A DNA stretch of 64,000 nucleotides, taken from NCBI GenBank assembly GCA_046331705.1, contig JAXLQJ010000006.1, positions 124,001 to 188,000 of the forward strand, in the 5' to 3' direction. Source of the stretch: a bacterium. Lineage in GTDB: Bacteria; JADJOY01. Both the position numbers and the translations under genes were made by a program. The notes below the pieces were generated by a model. It ran no database searches, was not told the origin of the DNA, and saw nothing but the letters and a program-made list of their open reading frames with translations. Positions 58,977 through 64,000 of this stretch are shown in pieces (the first letter of the stretch is position 1; each line of letters opens with the position of its first letter).

Positions 58977-59888
58977 TCAGGCCAGGCCGGCCAGGGATTT
59001 CACCTTGTCGAGCCGCGCGCGAACGTCGGGAAACGCGAAGCGATCGCGGTAGCCGGGCATCAGCTTCTCGAGCTCGCCGATGCGCTTGGCCGGATCGGGG
59101 TGGGTCTTGAAGAGCACCGAGCTCTTGTAGCCGACGATGCCGCCGAGGGTTTGGAGGAAGCCCTCGAGCCCCTTCGGGTTGTAGCCCACGCGCGACGCGA
59201 ACTCGGTGCCGAGGCGATCGGCCTCGTACTCCTTCGATTGGTCGAGGCCGGTCTCGAAGATGACCTTGGTGGCCTCGTCGACGAGCCCCGCGAACATCTC
59301 CGGGTTCGCTTCCAGCGCGGCGGCACCGGCCTGCGCCGCGCCCTGCAGGATCTTGCCGCGCTGGAGCACCGTGATGGTGTGCTTCTGCGTGACGTGGGCG
59401 ATCTCGTGGCCGATCACGCCGGCCAGCTCCGCCTCGCTCCTGCAACCCTTGAGCGTGCCCTTGGTGATGAACACGTAGCCGCCGGGCGCCGCGAGCGCGT
59501 TGGGCGCGTCGTCGTTGAGCACCAGGAAGTGATAGGGGATGTCGGGGCGATCGGAGTTGAGCGCGATCGCCGAGCCCAAGGTGTTCACGTATTTGTTGAG
59601 GATCGCCGCTTGATTGCCGGCGCCTCGATACTCGCCGCCGAAGCGGTTCACGATCTGGACCGCGATGGCGCCGCCGATCGCCACCTCTTCCTCGTACGCG
59701 ATCGGCGCGACACCCTCGAGGGCCGTGCCCGCGCCCCCCACGATGCCGGCGAGCTTCTTGTCGCCGGTGGCGGCGTACGTGATGTTCTGCGCCGCCTTGC
59801 CGAGCCCGGAGCAACCGGCGGCGGAGGCGAGCAGCGCCGCCGCCGTGATCGTCACCAGGCCGATGGCCGCGAGTGCGGATCGATTCAT
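58977..59888 (-). CDS. M48 family Zn metallopeptidase lipoprotein
   Basis: AAGGAG RBS; lipobox AAGC; NALAAPGG, ELAGVIGHEIAH (HExxH), EYEAD, THP. Confidence 0.9.
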   Translation of the reverse strand: MNRSALAAIGLVTITAAALLASAAGCSGLGKAAQNITYAATGDKKLAGIVGGAGTALEGVAPIAYEEEVAIGGAIAVQIVNRFGGEYRGAGNQAAILNKYVNTLGSAIALNSDRPDIPYHFLVLNDDAPNALAAPGGYVFITKGTLKGCRSEAELAGVIGHEIAHVTQKHTITVLQRGKILQGAAQAGAAALEANPEMFAGLVDEATKVIFETGLDQSKEYEADRLGTEFASRVGYNPKGLEGFLQTLGGIVGYKSSVLFKTHPDPAKRIGELEKLMPGYRDRFAFPDVRARLDKVKSLAGLA

Positions 59889-59911
59889 CGAGATGCTCCT
59901 TCGGTTCGCGC

Positions 59912-60439
59912 TCATTCCGCGTACTCGCCGAGCTTGCCTTCCTTGAGGAAGCCCTCGATCTCCTTCTTGGAGATCGCCACCTGCTCCATGCGTTTCACCG
60001 CCGCCACCGATTCCGGCGAGATCGCCTTGGCCTGGGCGTACTTTTCCGCCATCGGGCTCAGGCCGCGCGCCGCGCGTCCGGACTCGGCCTCCTTCACGTA
60101 GTCGTTCCGGGAGCCGCCCGCGCCCAGGCTCGCGAGCACGCTGCCGCCGGTGTCGGGCTTGTCGGCGGAGACCTTCAGCTTGTGGACCCAGCCGGTCTTC
60201 CCCGCTGCTTGAACCTGGACCCACGAGCCGTCGCGGCTCACCACCGTGAGCTCGGTGCCGCGCGCCACCGGCGCGACTTCCGCGGCGCTGGCGTCGGCGG
60301 CGGCGCGCAGCGTCACCCCTTCGGCGCGAACGTAGAGCGTCTCGGCGCGAGCCTGCGTGCCGAACGCGAGGAGCACCGCCGCGGCGAGTGCCGCGCGGAT
60401 CGCATGAGAGCGTCGATGACGTGAGCGTTGCTCGGTCAT
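59912..60439 (-). CDS. Secreted SH3b-domain protein
   Basis: Signal peptide ending ARA; LRAAA...GTELTVV..DGSWVQV...GWV; AARGL...F.KEGKL tail. Confidence 0.85.
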   Translation of the reverse strand: MTEQRSRHRRSHAIRAALAAAVLLAFGTQARAETLYVRAEGVTLRAAADASAAEVAPVARGTELTVVSRDGSWVQVQAAGKTGWVHKLKVSADKPDTGGSVLASLGAGGSRNDYVKEAESGRAARGLSPMAEKYAQAKAISPESVAAVKRMEQVAISKKEIEGFLKEGKLGEYAE

Positions 60440-60672
60440 GGTGCGATACGCCTCTTCGTCGCTGCGCGGCCCGGGCGCGCGCCGCGATCGTCTCCGTGCG
60501 ATCGAGATCGATCGACCCTCGGCATTTACCTCCCGGCCCGAGGCCGGTCAATTCCGCGTTCCACGGCGTTCCGCGCGCCACGGCCCGGAATCGCACGGCG
60601 CGCGCCGCCGTGCTCGGCTGCTTCGCCGTTTGCGCCGGGGTGCTTCGTGAAACGAAGATTCGTCTCGTAGAC

Positions 60673-60708
60673 TTGACGTTCCGATCATCGAAATACTAAT
60701 TTCAAAAA
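60673..60708 (+). promoter_or_regulatory. Sigma70 promoter with overlapping short palindrome (candidate TetR operator)
   Basis: TTGACG(60673-78)-18 nt-TAATTT(60697-702), 6 nt before ATG; GAAAT-acta-ATTTC at 60690-60703; AT-rich island. Confidence 0.6.
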
Positions 60709-61422
60709 ATGACGAATCGACAGCGCTCGCGAGCACGGCCGGCGTTGCGCGTGGCGAGCGCGGCGGACGCGGCGAAGCCCCGCATTCGCGAGGCGCGCCG
60801 CAATCTCTACCGTCAGGCGATCCTCGACGCCGCGGAAAAGGTCTTCGCCGAGGAAGGTTTCGAGGGCGCCAAGATGCAGCACATCGCGTCCGAGGCGGGG
60901 ATTTCCCTCGGTACGCTCTACGGCATCTTCGACGGCAAGACCGAGCTCTACAGCGCGATCCAGGAGACGCGCGGCGCGGAGATGCTCGAGCACGTGGCCC
61001 ACGAGGCCGCGCGCGGCGAGGGCGTGATCGATTTCGTGCTGGCCGGGATCGCCGCGTACGTGCGCTTCCTGGTGGCGCGGCCCAACTACCTGCGCATGCA
61101 CCTGCGCGACGGGCACGCGTGGGGGATCTTCGACACCCTCAAGGTGCCGGCGCAGGAAGAGCAGTGGACCCGCGGCTTCGACCTCCTCGAAAGCAGCTTC
61201 GCGCGCGGCATCGCCGAGGGCGTCTTCGTGTCGCTCGATCCCGCGCTGATGGCGCGGATCACGCTCGCCACCCACCAGATCTGGATGGCCGAGTGGGTGG
61301 AGAAGGGCATGAGCGGCGATCCCGCCGAGCTGGTGCGCGCCATCCAGGCGCACACCTTGCGCGCGTTCTGCCGGCCCGCGGTCGTGGCCGAGTGGATGGC
61401 GAAGCTCGACGAGCACGCATGA
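60709..61422 (+). CDS. TetR/AcrR family transcriptional regulator
   Basis: ILDAAEKVFAEEGFEGAKMQHIASEAGISLGTLYGIFDGKTEL. Confidence 0.93.
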   Translation: MTNRQRSRARPALRVASAADAAKPRIREARRNLYRQAILDAAEKVFAEEGFEGAKMQHIASEAGISLGTLYGIFDGKTELYSAIQETRGAEMLEHVAHEAARGEGVIDFVLAGIAAYVRFLVARPNYLRMHLRDGHAWGIFDTLKVPAQEEQWTRGFDLLESSFARGIAEGVFVSLDPALMARITLATHQIWMAEWVEKGMSGDPAELVRAIQAHTLRAFCRPAVVAEWMAKLDEHA

Positions 61423-61456
61423 GCGGCGAACGCCGCCGGGAGAAGAGAGGAAACGA

Positions 61457-62503
61457 ATGGCGGCGACGCGATCGCTGGTGACGGGTGGGCTCGGCCTGGT
61501 GGGGCGCGACCTGGTGCGGGCGCTGGTGGCGCGCGGCGATCAGGTCACGGTCGTGGATTTGGGCGTGGGGCGCGCCCCGCTGCCCGAGGGCGTGCGCGGG
61601 CTCGCCATCGACATCCGCGACGCCGCGGCGGTGCGCGCGGCGTGCGAGGGGCAGGACGTGGTCTTCCACACCGCGTCCATCGTCCACACCCGGCGCAACC
61701 GCGAGGACGACGTGCGCGCGGTCAACGTGGACGGCACCCGCAACGTTCTGGATGCGTGCCGCGCCGCCCGCGTGCCGCGGCTGGTGTACGTATCGAGCGC
61801 CAGCGTGGTGTACGAGGGAAACGACATGGAAGGCGGCGACGAGTCGCTGCCGTACGCCCGCGTCACGCTCGCGCCCTATGCCGCCACCAAGGTGATCGCC
61901 GAGCGCGAGGTCCTCGCGGCGAACGGGCAGGGCGGCGTCGCGACCTGCGCGATCCGGCCCCACGTGGTCTTCGGGCCGGGGGATGTCCGCTTCCTGCCGG
62001 CGATCCTCGGTCGCGGGCGAGCGGGCAAGCTCACGTTCAAGGTGGGGCTCGCCGACAAGCTCTCGGACTTCACGTACGTCGAGAACGTGACCGATTCGCT
62101 CCTCGCCGCCGACGCGGCGCTGGCTCGTCCGAGCTCCCCCGCTGCCGGCCAGGCCTACTTCATCACCAACGGCGAGCCCATGGCGTTCTGGGATTTCGTG
62201 GGCGTGATCGCCGATGCGTGCGGGTTCGCCAAGCCGCGCTACCGCATGCCGTACGCGGTGGCGTACGCGGTGGCCACCGTCGTCGAGACCCTCGACACGC
62301 TGCGCGGCGGCACCTTCGGCGAGGAAGGGCGGCTCTCGCGTTTCAGCGTCCGCTATCTCTGCACGCATCACTGGTTCAAGATCGACAAGGCGCGGCGCGA
62401 TCTCGGCTGGACGCCACGGGTGTCGATCCGCGACGGGATCGCGCGCACGCTCGCCGCCCTCGACGGCGCGGGAACGCCGGCGCGCGCGGCGAAGGCCGCA
62501 TGA
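61457..62503 (+). CDS. 3-beta-hydroxysteroid dehydrogenase / NSDHL-like extended SDR
   Basis: LVTGGLGLVG, VFHTAS, VNVDGT, YVSSASVV, YAATK, IRPHVVFGPGD, DFTYVENV, GQAYFITNGEP. Confidence 0.88.
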   Translation: MAATRSLVTGGLGLVGRDLVRALVARGDQVTVVDLGVGRAPLPEGVRGLAIDIRDAAAVRAACEGQDVVFHTASIVHTRRNREDDVRAVNVDGTRNVLDACRAARVPRLVYVSSASVVYEGNDMEGGDESLPYARVTLAPYAATKVIAEREVLAANGQGGVATCAIRPHVVFGPGDVRFLPAILGRGRAGKLTFKVGLADKLSDFTYVENVTDSLLAADAALARPSSPAAGQAYFITNGEPMAFWDFVGVIADACGFAKPRYRMPYAVAYAVATVVETLDTLRGGTFGEEGRLSRFSVRYLCTHHWFKIDKARRDLGWTPRVSIRDGIARTLAALDGAGTPARAAKAA

Positions 62504-64000
62504 GCGACGCCGCCTTCGATTACGTCGTCGTGGGCGGCGGCTCGGCCGGCTCGATGGCGGGCGCCGAGCTGGCGCGCGATCCCGCCGTGCGCGTGCTGGT
62601 GCTCGAGGCCGGCGACGCCGCCGAGCGCAACCCGGAGACGCTGCGCGCCGACGGCTACCAGCAGGCGTTCCTGAACGAACGGCTGATGTGGGACCGCTTC
62701 ACGCCGCCGCAGCCGGGGCTCGGCGGCCATCGGGTGTTCGTCGGCACCGGCCGCGGCATGGGCGGCAGCGGCTCGATCAACGCGATGGTGTACACGCGCG
62801 GCGCCGCGCACGACTACGACTCGTGGGGCGTGCCCGGCTGGGCTTGGCGCGACGTGGCGCCCGTCTTCGAGGAGATCGAGCGCACGCTCACGCCGTCGCG
62901 CCGCGAGCCGACCCAGTTCACCGAGGCGTGCATCGCGGCCGCCGAGGCACAGGGCTTCCGTCGCAAGGAGGACCTGAACGACGGCGCGCTCGCCGGCTGC
63001 CTCGGCTACGAGTGGATGAACTACCGCGGCAACGAGCGGCGCAGCTCGTACGTCGCGTTTCTCAAGCCGCGGCTCGAGCAGCCGAACCTGCGCGTCGAGA
63101 CCGGCGCCGTCGTGAATCGAATCGTGTTCGACGGCGCGCGCCGCGCGATCGCCGTGGAAGCCGAGGTCGCGGGCGCGCCGCGACGGTTCGCGCTCACCGT
63201 CGGCGCGGGCGAGGTGATCGTGGCGGCGGGTGCGCTGGAGACGCCGCGCATCGTGGAGCGCTCCGGCGTGGGGCGCGGCCACGAGCTGCGCGCCCACGGC
63301 ATCGCCGAGGTCGCGAGCGCGCCGGGCGTGGGCGAGAACCTCCACGATCACCCCAACGTGCCGCTGTTCGTGTGGGGACGGCGTCCCACCGACTGCAAGT
63401 ACGTCCAGCTCTACGGCTTCCATCGCGCCAACCCCGAGGCCGCGTTACCCGCCGGCGAGGCCGACAGCTGTTTCGTCTTCTACACGGCGCGATCCTCGAT
63501 CCGCGAGGCCGCCGTGAAGCTCGGCCCCACCAAGGTGCTGCCGCCGGCGCTGTTCGCGAAGCGGTGGGCGCGCGGCGCGCTGCGCGGCGTGATCGGCGTG
63601 GCCATGGCGAGCCCGCCGGCGCGCTACGTGCTCGAGCGCATGTACGGGATCATCGTGATCCTCGGGAAGCCCGAGAGTCGCGGCAGCGTGCGGCTCTCGT
63701 CGGCGGACCCGCGTGCGCCCGGGATCGTGGATCCCGCGTATCTCTCGGCGCCGCGCGACCTCGACACGCTGGTGCGCGGCGTCGAGTGGGCGCGGCGGAT
63801 CGTCGCGACCGAGCCGCTGGCGCAATGGGGATCGCGTCCGTTGAGCGGCGCGGCGCGCAGCTCCGAGCGCGCTCGGCTGGAAGCGTTCGTCCGCGCCAAC
63901 CTCATCACCACCTACCATTTCGCGGGCAGCTGCCGGATGGGCGCCGACGCCGCGAGCGTCGCGGACGAGCGGCTGCGCCTGCGGGGCGTGACCGGTGTGC
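62500..64000 (+). CDS. GMC family oxidoreductase (choline dehydrogenase-like), truncated by window end
   Basis: Not in ORF track. Manual translation from ATG 62500: MSDAAFDYVVVGGGSAG...VLVLEAG...GRGMGGSGSINAMVYTRG...AGALETP...GVGENLHDH...PESRGSV...YHFAGSCRMG. Confidence 0.92.
   Translation, partial: MSDAAFDYVVVGGGSAGSMAGAELARDPAVRVLVLEAGDAAERNPETLRADGYQQAFLNERLMWDRFTPPQPGLGGHRVFVGTGRGMGGSGSINAMVYTRGAAHDYDSWGVPGWAWRDVAPVFEEIERTLTPSRREPTQFTEACIAAAEAQGFRRKEDLNDGALAGCLGYEWMNYRGNERRSSYVAFLKPRLEQPNLRVETGAVVNRIVFDGARRAIAVEAEVAGAPRRFALTVGAGEVIVAAGALETPRIVERSGVGRGHELRAHGIAEVASAPGVGENLHDHPNVPLFVWGRRPTDCKYVQLYGFHRANPEAALPAGEADSCFVFYTARSSIREAAVKLGPTKVLPPALFAKRWARGALRGVIGVAMASPPARYVLERMYGIIVILGKPESRGSVRLSSADPRAPGIVDPAYLSAPRDLDTLVRGVEWARRIVATEPLAQWGSRPLSGAARSSERARLEAFVRANLITTYHFAGSCRMGADAASVADERLRLRGVTGV

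Noticed and set aside
61419..61481. 20-aa mini-ORF (MSGERRREKRGNEWRRRDRW) overlapping the TetR stop, a possible frameshift or leader peptide
   Set aside because: The SDR has its own AGAGGA RBS and a complete N-terminal Rossmann motif from 61457, so no frameshift is needed.

Overview
A very GC-rich (about 70% by eye), gene-dense bacterial chromosomal segment. The rpsO-pnp-dut and purB-purS-purQ-purL-purF gene orders, a MYXO-CTERM/GlyGly-type tail on a secreted protease and many lipoproteins suggest a Gram-negative Myxococcota/deltaproteobacterial-type organism (inference). I call about 48 CDSs. Housekeeping core: rpsO, pnp, dut, slyD and the pur operon. Lipid/acyl-CoA genes: ACAD + APH kinase + histidine phosphatase, two desaturases, two extended SDRs, a GMC oxidoreductase. 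Exported hydrolases: M23, M48, S8/S53-like, GH31, tandem GH-A pair, esterase, YncE-phosphoesterase, PHP-like. Regulators: hybrid kinase, MerR, TetR, STAND-type ATPase. I found no rRNA, tRNA, CRISPR array, transposase or phage gene. Best candidates for undescribed biology: (i) a VKOR fused to three thioredoxin-fold domains; (ii) an intact plus degenerate cupredoxin pair coupled to a HAMP-GAF hybrid kinase, with a nearby beta-barrel and an MddA-like methyltransferase; (iii) a 61-bp dyad between a sterol-desaturase-family gene and a GNAT/STAND operon; (iv) a MerR-style dyad inside a -35/-10 spacer; (v) a candidate S15 leader RNA; (vi) a shared C-terminal F-x-[DN]-[GN]-F-E-x-G-x4-W tail on two unrelated secreted proteins. 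All product calls come from motif recognition by eye, not database searches.
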